A DNA stretch of 21,560 nt from Nitrososphaeraceae archaeon (GTDB lineage Archaea > Thermoproteota > Nitrososphaeria > Nitrososphaerales > Nitrososphaeraceae). A program made the position numbers and the translations under genes. Below are positions 1 through 7,807 of the stretch, one piece after another. The stretch is from positions 1-21,560 of the forward strand of contig DATGZA010000053.1 in the NCBI GenBank assembly GCA_035297365.1, in the 5' to 3' direction. Under the pieces are notes generated by a model. That model ran no database searches. It saw nothing but the letters and a program-made list of their open reading frames with translations, and was not told where the DNA came from. The first letter of the stretch is position 1, and every line of letters starts with the position of its first letter.

Positions 1-236
1 GAAACTCTTGTCCTATAGATTTGAAAAGATCCAACTTGATTCAATTTGAGATGTAACTTCTTTTGTTTTCATCTTTAGAAGATTTCAATGTCTTTATTTT
101 TCAGACTGACAGGGAACAAGAAAGTAAATAAATACAGAGAAAAATACATCATTATCATCAATCATGGATTGTTAGAAAGAAATAGGACCTTATAGATGAA
201 TAAATATCGTTAAACTAACACAACGATGATATCTGA

Positions 237-1631
237 TCAGGCCTTTTCATCAGTTGTATTAACAAAGTTTTTGTAGATAAAAAGTGCGTCTTTTTCGTCT
301 TTTGCACCGACAATAGTTGCTGCACCACTGGTCATAAAACTTACAGATAATTGTTGAGATGGATTAGTGTTATTAGATATAACAGTTATTCCCAAAGTTC
401 CACGAGTTTTCAAGTTATAACCTAACAATTCTGCATTTTGTATTATTTTATTTAGATTTATATCAGAAGGTATTTCCATTGGTGTAACAGTATAGGTCCT
501 TTTTCCTCTATCTCTACCACATAATTCCTCAATTATGAGATTATGTTCTGTTTCTAGGTGTTTAATCATATCTACCTTTTCTTTTCCACATGACGGGCAT
601 TCATCATGTCTAAACATCCTAATACGTTCGAATGATAACTCGTTAAGATCGATGTACAATAGTGTATTTACCAAAGTTGGTTTCTGGTTCAATAATATTT
701 TTACTGCTTCTGAGACTTGAAGGCCCGCCACTAAATAAAGAATAGATGGATGAACTCCTTCTGTACTACAAGTTGGCATATCATCTTCAGACAATGCAGG
801 AAAGATGCATCTTAGACAGGCAGAATTGTTTGGAAGAATTGTACAAACTGATCCCAACATTCCTAATGCACCTGCATAGATCAAAGGAATGTTGTGCTTA
901 ATGCATGCATCGTTTAATGCATATCTAGCATCAACACTATCTAAAGCATCAATAACAATATCAAAGCCTTTAACAATATTTTCTGCTGTATAGGGAGTAA
1001 CTGAAATTGGAAGTGCTTCAATTTCTACGTCTGTATTCCTTTTTTTCAGATGCTCTATAGCTGCTTCAACTTTAACTTTTCCAATATCTTGTTCAGTATA
1101 CAAATGCTGTCTATGTAAATTAGATATTTCAACTACATCTCTATCAACAATACGGATCTTTCCTATACCCATAGCTGTTAATTGAGTTACAACTGGATTT
1201 CCAATGCCACCAACACCGACCACACAAACTTTGGAATTTCTTAATTTCTCCATTCCAATAAATCCTATTTCTTCTAACATTATTTGTCTAGAATAACGCT
1301 GAATGTCTTTACTATCTAGTTCATTACGAGTTACTACGGTGGGTTTGTTTGAACCTCCGGCTACTGCAGGAAGGATATAGATAGAATCACCTTCATTAAG
1401 AGATGTGGTCATTCCATCCTTGTTAAAACGCATATTTTTTCCATTAATATATATGTTAATTAGAGCACGAGGTTTGCCATTAAGATCAAATACCCTACGT
1501 TTGAAATCATCACCCAAGATATCTGAAGCCTTATTGAAAGCATTTTGTAGATTGTCAGCTTCTAATGATACTTTTTTTTCTCCAGCTCCCTTGTTTAAAA
1601 CAGATGGAATTATAAACTCGACTTTAACCAT
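237..1631 (-). CDS. Fusion protein: N-terminal MoaD/ThiS/SAMP ubiquitin-like domain + ThiF/MoeB/UbaA E1-like adenylyltransferase + small C-terminal domain
   Basis: aa 1-93 look like a beta-grasp domain ending INIYINGKN...LNEGDSIYILPAVAGG. E1 motifs follow: RYSRQI, VVGVGGIG, DRDVVEISNLHRQ, DALDS, Zn ligands CLRC/CPSC and the catalytic-loop Cys in PTCSTEGV. The ~100 aa tail ending SGAATIVGAKDEKDA resembles the TBP-like tail of some MoeB proteins. Confidence 0.93.
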   Translation of the reverse strand: MVKVEFIIPSVLNKGAGEKKVSLEADNLQNAFNKASDILGDDFKRRVFDLNGKPRALINIYINGKNMRFNKDGMTTSLNEGDSIYILPAVAGGSNKPTVVTRNELDSKDIQRYSRQIMLEEIGFIGMEKLRNSKVCVVGVGGIGNPVVTQLTAMGIGKIRIVDRDVVEISNLHRQHLYTEQDIGKVKVEAAIEHLKKRNTDVEIEALPISVTPYTAENIVKGFDIVIDALDSVDARYALNDACIKHNIPLIYAGALGMLGSVCTILPNNSACLRCIFPALSEDDMPTCSTEGVHPSILYLVAGLQVSEAVKILLNQKPTLVNTLLYIDLNELSFERIRMFRHDECPSCGKEKVDMIKHLETEHNLIIEELCGRDRGKRTYTVTPMEIPSDINLNKIIQNAELLGYNLKTRGTLGITVISNNTNPSQQLSVSFMTSGAATIVGAKDEKDALFIYKNFVNTTDEKA

Positions 1632-1678
1632 TTATATCTATCTCACTTACCTTTCACATATATTATTTATTCATTTTA

Positions 1679-2902
1679 TTATCTTATCATTGCTGAGACT
1701 ATTTGAACATCTGGTTTAATGATTGAAGGTTTAGGTAATATCTCTGTAATTGCCTCAATAGATTTGAGACCATTTCCAGTAATATAACAAACTATATTAG
1801 AATCTCGATCTATCTTTCCTTCATCAATTAACTTTTGCATTACAGCAACGGACACACCGCCTGCAGGTTCCGTAAAAATGCCTTCTGTTTTAGATAGTTT
1901 TAATATTCCAGCTATAATTTCTTGATTTGTAGCTGATTCAGCAAAACCATGATATTGTTTTAATCTTTTTAAAACGTATATTCCATCTCCAGGATCGCCT
2001 ATAGCAAGACTTTTTGCTATTGTATCAGGCTTTTCTACCGGAAATACTTCATCACTATTGGATTTAAAAGCATCAACTACAGGCGAACAACCATGAGGTT
2101 GTGCTGCAATTATCTTCAAATTGGAAACATCTTCGATTAATCCAATCTCATTTAATTCTTCAAATCCCTTACAAATTGCATTTAGCATTGCACCACTTCC
2201 AACAGGTATTATCAAGTAATCAGGTACTTTCCAATTAAGTTGTTCGGCTACTTCATAGGCAAGTGTTTTTGATCCCTCTACATAATATGGCCGCATATTA
2301 ATATTTACTATACCTATACCTTTTGAATCTCCTATTACAGAAGCTACTCTATTAGCATCATCATAAGTTCCATCAACAGCAACAAATTTACCGCCGTAAG
2401 CTAATGCTTGGGCAATCTTTGCATATTCTAAATCAGCGGGAGCAAATATGTAACAAGGCATGTTAGCTACAGCTGCATGTGCAGCAGTAGCAGATGCTAG
2501 ATTACCGGTTGAGGCACATCCCACTGCCTTAAGATTAGTTTCTTTTGCTCTTGATACAGCCACACCAGCTGGTCTATCCTTGAATGAAAATGTTGGATTA
2601 ACAGAATCATTTTTTACATATAATGTTGTTAATTTTAGATCCTTACCAAGATTATTTGCTTTTTGTAATGGAGTAAATCCTGAGTTAATACTCACAATAT
2701 TATTTTTATTTTTAATTGGTAATAATTCAAAATATCTCCAATATGTCTTTTCTGTCCTAGACTCGAAGGTCTCTCTTTTTATTGAATCTGGATAAATATA
2801 TTTAACATCGAGTGGACCAAAACATTCTTCGCATACATATCTAAATGATGGTTCATATTCCTTTCCACATTCTCGACACTTTAATGATTGTATTATTCCC
2901 AT
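1679..2902 (-). CDS. thrC: Threonine synthase-like PLP enzyme (fold type II) with N-terminal Zn ribbon
   Basis: CRECG...CEECFGPL; PLP-lysine motif NPTFSFKDR; ASTGNLA; EGSKTLAYE; PVGSG; EGIFTEPAGG; ITGNGLK. Ends 47 bp upstream of the Ubl-E1 gene on the same strand. Confidence 0.88.
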   Translation of the reverse strand: MGIIQSLKCRECGKEYEPSFRYVCEECFGPLDVKYIYPDSIKRETFESRTEKTYWRYFELLPIKNKNNIVSINSGFTPLQKANNLGKDLKLTTLYVKNDSVNPTFSFKDRPAGVAVSRAKETNLKAVGCASTGNLASATAAHAAVANMPCYIFAPADLEYAKIAQALAYGGKFVAVDGTYDDANRVASVIGDSKGIGIVNINMRPYYVEGSKTLAYEVAEQLNWKVPDYLIIPVGSGAMLNAICKGFEELNEIGLIEDVSNLKIIAAQPHGCSPVVDAFKSNSDEVFPVEKPDTIAKSLAIGDPGDGIYVLKRLKQYHGFAESATNQEIIAGILKLSKTEGIFTEPAGGVSVAVMQKLIDEGKIDRDSNIVCYITGNGLKSIEAITEILPKPSIIKPDVQIVSAMIR

Positions 2903-3081
2903 TTATGATAATTTGAATAAAAATCCATTGTAGATAAGGTTCTCTAAACACAAATTTAGTAATACTATAATTTTATATTATTAAAAAAATAGAATATTAA
3001 AACAAAATAGTATCATAAAACTTCATATTATAGATATTATATAAAAATTTTTCCAAATTTGTGATAATTTTTTAATGATTT

Positions 3082-3414
3082 TTATTTTTTTAGAATATTA
3101 TGAAAACAAGAATTGTGACCTGTATGACATGCTGGTTTTTCTGAATTTACTATATAGATTAGCGCATCTGAATCACAATCAACTAAGATTTCTTGAACTG
3201 GTTGAATATTTCCTGATTCCTCACCTTTCATCCATAATTTATTATGAGAAGTACTCCAAAACCATGCCTTTCCAGTTTTGACTGTATTTTCGAGTGCAAT
3301 TCTATTTACATATGCAAGCATAAGGATATCTTTAGAAATCTTATCTTGAACAATTACTGGTAACAGACCACCCCTTTTTGCAAAATCTATTTCATCTATT
3401 ATTTTTAAAGACAT
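3082..3414 (-). CDS. hisI: Phosphoribosyl-AMP cyclohydrolase
   Basis: GLLPVIVQD, LMLAY, LWMKGEESGN, DCDSDAL, ACHTGHNSCF motifs. Confidence 0.96.
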   Translation of the reverse strand: MSLKIIDEIDFAKRGGLLPVIVQDKISKDILMLAYVNRIALENTVKTGKAWFWSTSHNKLWMKGEESGNIQPVQEILVDCDSDALIYIVNSEKPACHTGHNSCFHNILKK

Positions 3415-3604
3415 TATCTTGTAATGTTATTTTTAGATATAAAAAAGTAATCGTAAAAGTAGTAAGGGTAAAGGTAATTATCATACAAATTTATAGATTT
3501 CCCAAATACTGAATATTTGCAATATATTAAAATAAATTCGTTCTAAAATAAATTTGTAGAAAAATTAAGCATTCTTTAATATAGGATAGAAGAAATATAA
3601 AAAG

Positions 3605-4981
3605 ATGATGGATAAAAGTACAAAAGCAGATAATAATATTCTCCATATTGGTTTTGATGACACAGATTCTAGATCTGGTAGATGTACAACTCATTTAGCT
3701 TTTAAAATATTATCGAATTTAAAAAGAAATCAATCTATAAAATTTTTAGATTATCCATTGTTAATTAGATTAAATCCAAATATACCTTGGAAAACTCGAG
3801 GTAATGGTGCTGTCTGTATCAGATTGAGAACTAGAAATAGCAAAGATATTGAAAGGATAATAGAATATATCAAAAATGAGATAGAACAAAATTCTGACAT
3901 AGGAATAGGGGCTAATCCTGGTCTTGTTTTTTTTGAAGGAAGAAACATTCCCAATGAAATTATAGAATTTAATAGAATTGCAATGTTTGATATCTTAAGT
4001 AAACAAAAAGCAATCAAAATTGCTGAAAAGAATAAGATGAAATTTTTCTGTTATGGAAATGGACAGGGATTAGTTGGCGCAACAGCTGCAATTGGGTGCT
4101 TGTTAGATTCAGATTATACATTTGAAGTAATAGCATATAGAAAAATAGAGAATTGTCAAACTCCAAGAAAGATCGATTCCATAAAGGTTATTTATCTTGA
4201 CCGTTCTACATTTCCGTCAACTTATAATTGCTATGATCATGTCCATGAACGAATATTGATTACGCCGCATGGACCGGATCCGGTTTTCTGTGGTATAAGA
4301 GGAGAAGATCCGGAAATTGTATTAGAGGGATTAAAGATGTTGAAAATAGAAGAAAAATTAGAAGGCTATCTGATTTATAGATCTAACCAAGGAACAGGGA
4401 TGCATTTAATAAATGAAATCAAATTAGGTGATGTTAAGGCGTATACATCAGGTATTTCTAGGTGTAGAGTGACAACAAATCCTTACACTATGCAAGGAGG
4501 TCATGTATTTTTTACGGTAGAAGATGATTCAAAGAATAGTTGTCTGGCAGCAGTATATGAGCCAACTGGATTAACAAAAGTTGCTGCACAATTGCAGAAA
4601 GGCGATTTAATAGAAATTGGATTTGGAGTAAGGAAAGCAACCATCAAACATCCAACGGTATTAAACATAGAATATATCTCAATATTGGAAACTATCCAAA
4701 TTTATGAATTTGTTAATCCTAGTTGTGTAAATTGTGGAAAAAGAATGAAATCTGAAGGAAAGGATAAAGGTTTTCAGTGTAAAAGATGTAAAACTTTAGA
4801 CAGGTATGGGAAAAAAGTGCCTTTATTAAATCCACGAACAATTAAAGAAGGTTTATATGTTCCAACTCCAAAGGCACATAGACATCTGACTAAACCTAGA
4901 CATAGATACGGAATTGAAAAAAAAGGATGGGATATATCAAAGAATAATATTTTTCCAAAATGGTTTGGAATTATTGGATAA
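3605..4981 (+). CDS. tiaS: tRNA(Ile2) agmatinylcytidine synthetase
   Basis: IGFDDTDS..CTTH, RLNPNIPWKTRGNGA, PHGPDPVFCGIRG, OB-fold GGHVFF...AAVYEPTG, Zn ribbon CVNC..CKRC, HRHLTKP. Confidence 0.96.
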   Translation: MMDKSTKADNNILHIGFDDTDSRSGRCTTHLAFKILSNLKRNQSIKFLDYPLLIRLNPNIPWKTRGNGAVCIRLRTRNSKDIERIIEYIKNEIEQNSDIGIGANPGLVFFEGRNIPNEIIEFNRIAMFDILSKQKAIKIAEKNKMKFFCYGNGQGLVGATAAIGCLLDSDYTFEVIAYRKIENCQTPRKIDSIKVIYLDRSTFPSTYNCYDHVHERILITPHGPDPVFCGIRGEDPEIVLEGLKMLKIEEKLEGYLIYRSNQGTGMHLINEIKLGDVKAYTSGISRCRVTTNPYTMQGGHVFFTVEDDSKNSCLAAVYEPTGLTKVAAQLQKGDLIEIGFGVRKATIKHPTVLNIEYISILETIQIYEFVNPSCVNCGKRMKSEGKDKGFQCKRCKTLDRYGKKVPLLNPRTIKEGLYVPTPKAHRHLTKPRHRYGIEKKGWDISKNNIFPKWFGIIG

Positions 4982-4993
4982 CATTTAAATAAG

Positions 4994-5115
4994 TAGCGGG
5001 GGGTTGATTTGAACTTACGGCCACCAACATATCGATTTTGGCGGAAACCGCTCTGCGGGTTATGAGCCCGCCGGGATAACTTTGCCTATTAAATATCTGG
5101 CTTCCCCACCCCGCT
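4994..5115 (-). tRNA. Initiator tRNA-Met (CAT) with two non-canonical introns (5081-5096 at position 18/19; 5015-5045 at position 52/53)
   Basis: Spliced 75 nt: AGCGGGG TG GGGA AGCCAGGTTA TCCC G GCGGG CTCATAA CCCGC AGAGC GGTTG TTCAAAT CAACC CCCCGCT A. A1:U72 and three consecutive G-C pairs in the anticodon stem are initiator hallmarks. CCA is not encoded. Confidence 0.92.
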
Positions 5116-5319
5116 GAATCATTTTTGTATTTTACAACTATATATCTCTGTCTATTTAGTTCATAAAAATTTTTTTTTAAATAATATACCTTTTTTTACA
5201 TTAACAATACAAAAATTCAAGAAAATAGTTTTTATTTTTTATTTTCAAGAAATTTTTAACAAATATTGTATTTATAGTTAAAAGATTACTGAATAAGATA
5301 CAATTAATAAAACAAAAGA

Positions 5320-5439
5320 TGCGGGAGGTGGGATTCGAACCCACGAACCCCTAAGAGATGAGGTTTCTAAGCCATGCTTCTGAGCATCGTGTTATATGAA
5401 AATAATCTCACGCCTTTGACCAAGCTTGGCAACTCCCGC
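5320..5439 (-). tRNA. tRNA-Leu, probably CAG, with two introns (5386-5406 at 30/31; 5365-5378 at 37/38)
   Basis: Spliced 85 nt: GCGGGAG TT GCC AAGCTTGGTCAAA GGC G TGAGG CTCAGAA CCTCA TCTCTTAGGGGTTC GTGGG TTCGAAT CCCAC CTCCCGC A. Long variable arm and A73 indicate Leu. The anticodon call depends on the inferred splice sites. Confidence 0.88.
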
Positions 5440-5589
5440 TTTGAGTAAGAACAATTATCTAAGAAGTCAAATAATAGTTTTTTTTATTATAAAACAATAC
5501 AAAAATTGAGATATATGAAATATATCTAATAAAAACTAAATTTATTATCCGATAAACATGGTATTCCTACATCATTACATGCAATTTAT

Positions 5590-5735
5590 TTGTCGAACAG
5601 CCTGCTTATGAATGGCAAAATAGTTCATTTTTGTTATGTAGATGGTACACAATCTTCTTGTAATCATATTTCATCTTTTATCTTTCTGTATCTTATCTTT
5701 ATGTATCTCCCGAGTTTTTCGTACTGAGGTACAAG
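5590..5735 (-). pseudogene. Degraded C-terminal fragment of an IS5/IS4-superfamily DDE transposase
   Basis: Frameshifted translation VPQYE..RYRKIK / YDYKKIVYHLHNKNE / TILPFISRLFD resembles the Y..R...E..F..IKR.F region of archaeal DDE_Tnp_1 transposases. Recognised from memory, not searched. Confidence 0.5.
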
Positions 5736-5764
5736 ACATATCTCCTTGTATCGTTTAAGCACAA

Positions 5765-5990
5765 TTCAAAATAATATATTCATCATGCCTTTACACCAAA
5801 AGAACAAAACTACAAAAAAAATACACTAAATTATCTATTGTGGATGTAATAAAAAGATAATCTGATTTTTAAACAAAAATAAGAAGAGTATTTATACATC
5901 ACGATAACACAGATTTCAAATCCGCTGTAACATACTGTTGCACTATTACAAATACTTACTATATGTTGCTCGACTATGTATATATTTGAA
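5765..5990 (+). pseudogene. Degraded central fragment of an IS5/IS4-superfamily DDE transposase
   Basis: Single frame with two stops: FKIIYSSCLYTKRTKLQKKYTKLSIVDVIKR*SDF*TKIRRVFIHHDNTDFKSAV...MLLDYVY. This matches the order GFK...Y.KL.I..D...KIRR...HD..DF...(A)DKGY of archaeal IS5-like transposases. Confidence 0.62.
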
Positions 5991-6229
5991 CTCTAGAATA
6001 TTTTAGAATATGATATAGTGATTATCCTAATTTAATGTATTCGAGAAATTTTTGTTCAATAATATTGCATGGCATTTTCTGAGTCTAATATCAAGTTGAA
6101 AAAAATGTAATCACTATATATTGATTAACAAAACTTCATTTACAAATTCTTTCTATAAAAAATGTTTATTATGCTTGAAAATGATATCTTCAATATCTAT
6201 AGAATACGAAATTTAGTTAGTTACTGTAG

Positions 6230-6895
6230 TTATACCTTAAACGCTCTACTTAACATTATTAATTCTGGTCCAGTTGTTAAATTTCCAACTATAATAGATT
6301 TAGAATTGGCAATTATCCCTGATGCCGGATATGGTATACCACCATTAATTGTTACCGGCTCTACATTGACATTTAAAATCTCAGATATAGATTTTATTTC
6401 TTCTTCACTGGCACTAGGATGAATAACTGCACCTTTATTTGTAGTAACAACCATCGATCCAGTTTGTACAAAACCACAGACACTTATAGTACTCACTGGA
6501 ACATCCAATACATTGTGTACTTGTTCCACAACATCAGAACACAATGGAGATATAATTGCTCCATGATCATTGGCAGCTATTAAATTTCCTATTGCAGTAT
6601 ATTTACTCTCTAAACGTTCAACTTTTAATTTACTTCCTTTTCTTATAATATTAATTTCTTCATCAGAAGCTATCGAAGAAACTAATATTCCATGGTTATT
6701 CATGACCATCATAGGTCCCAATAATCTTGTTCCTGCTATAGAAATGTAAGTTGGCTCAGATATTTCAAGATATTTCACCAACGTATCAGATTTTGTTGAA
6801 GCAAATCCTAATGGTAACATTATTGAAGTGTCGTTACATTTTACAAAAATTCCTATATTAGGACTTCTGTAAAAAGAATATTTGTAAATTCCCAA
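6230..6895 (-). CDS. eif6: Translation initiation factor 6 (aIF-6)
   Basis: SPNIGIF, IAGTRLLG, TAIGNLIAANDHGAIISP, TNKGAVIHP, ANSKSIIVGNLTTGPEL. TTG start. Confidence 0.95.
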   Translation of the reverse strand: MGIYKYSFYRSPNIGIFVKCNDTSIMLPLGFASTKSDTLVKYLEISEPTYISIAGTRLLGPMMVMNNHGILVSSIASDEEINIIRKGSKLKVERLESKYTAIGNLIAANDHGAIISPLCSDVVEQVHNVLDVPVSTISVCGFVQTGSMVVTTNKGAVIHPSASEEEIKSISEILNVNVEPVTINGGIPYPASGIIANSKSIIVGNLTTGPELIMLSRAFKV

Positions 6896-6985
6896 ATTAT
6901 AACAGTGTTAATTAATGTATGAATATGAACTTTTGGAAAAGTGTTACCTATCGTTATCGAATTGAAATTGTTACAAAAAATATTA

Positions 6986-7453
6986 TTATTTATCTATGAT
7001 TTCTCCGAGATTAAGATTTATTGTTACTGGATTAGATAGGGGTTGTGTTTTTTCTAGGTTTGTAATTTGTAATGTAGCATTAATTGATGTTATTGAATTG
7101 TCAACTATATTAGTTGCAAGCTGTACAGGTTGCGAAGAATTATAGACAAACCCATCTGGAAAAGAGGTTGTTTTTAATAATGTACCATTAGTTGAATACA
7201 CTTTCATTATTGCATTTATAGATTTATTATTTATTTCAGTAATATCATTAATATTGCTTTGAAGATATTTTAATAGAACTTTTACTTGGTTATCTTGATT
7301 TAAAGGTGAAATAAAATGAGCATAATCTATCGCAATTTCAAGTTTCTGCTCAGATACTGCAAATGATTTCATTAATATATCATTCAGATTAAGAGGGAAA
7401 AATGATGATGAAAAATAACATAACAGTATTAGTAAAAAAACTTTAGAATTCAT
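6986..7453 (-). CDS. Hypothetical secreted or membrane-anchored protein
   Basis: 155 aa ORF with an N-terminal hydrophobic stretch and a beta-rich, Asn/Thr-rich body. No family recognised. Confidence 0.7.
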   Translation of the reverse strand: MNSKVFLLILLCYFSSSFFPLNLNDILMKSFAVSEQKLEIAIDYAHFISPLNQDNQVKVLLKYLQSNINDITEINNKSINAIMKVYSTNGTLLKTTSFPDGFVYNSSQPVQLATNIVDNSITSINATLQITNLEKTQPLSNPVTINLNLGEIIDK

Positions 7454-7571
7454 TTAATAATCCGATTATTTCATTAATATAATTTAGAATAATATCTATG
7501 TTAAATTAATTTGACAAAAAAGATATAATTAGTTATTAAAAACATAAATTTTCAATAATTATCTTATTAAA

Positions 7572-7715
7572 TCATGTTTCATGAATTACAGAAAATTTAC
7601 CATCGATTATTCTTATAATATATTTACCTTCTTTGAATATGAGTTCTATCTCATTATTGTTATTTTCTTTTATGTCTACGAGTTCTTTTCCTTTCATTTC
7701 AGTCAATTCTATCAT
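7572..7715 (-). CDS. Small hypothetical protein (47 aa), absent from the ORF track
   Basis: Hand translation: MIELTEMKGKELVDIKENNNNEIELIFKEGKYIIRIIDGKFSVIHET*. ATG start, purine-rich coding strand, protein-like composition; more plausible than the antisense ORF 7581-7766. Confidence 0.6.
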   Translation of the reverse strand: MIELTEMKGKELVDIKENNNNEIELIFKEGKYIIRIIDGKFSVIHET

Positions 7716-7807
7716 ATATGTATAACAAGAAAACTAATATTTAGATTATTTGAAATTAATTTATAATTAGAGTAATATTGAACATTCATGTTATATGCAT
7801 TTAGTAG

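Noticed and set aside
1-236. Possible gene start or end at the left edge
   Set aside because: Only very short frames are visible (e.g. minus-strand TTG-NQVGSFQIYRTRV running off the edge); nothing recognisable.
535-2795. Plus-strand ORFs 535-720, 1405-1719 and 2460-2795
   Set aside because: Antisense shadows of the well-supported Ubl-E1 and thrC-like genes; no motifs.
3445-3480. GTAA-rich short repeats in the hisI/tiaS divergent region
   Set aside because: Irregular spacing and low complexity; cannot be distinguished from chance.
3075-4017. ORFs 3075-3281 (+) and 3751-4017 (-)
   Set aside because: Antisense to hisI and tiaS respectively.
4994-5115. Calling the CAT tRNA next to tiaS tRNA-Ile2
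   Set aside because: A1:U72 and the GGG/CCC anticodon stem identify it as initiator Met.
5361-5375. Reading the Leu tRNA anticodon as TAG
   Set aside because: That gives an 8-nt loop and ignores the clean BHB ending at 5386. The two-intron CAG model gives a canonical 7-nt loop and 85-nt length.
6162-7766. ORFs 6162-6422 (+) and 7581-7766 (+)
   Set aside because: The first is antisense to aIF-6. The second is a Phe/Tyr/Ile-rich shadow of the more plausible minus-strand 47-aa ORF.
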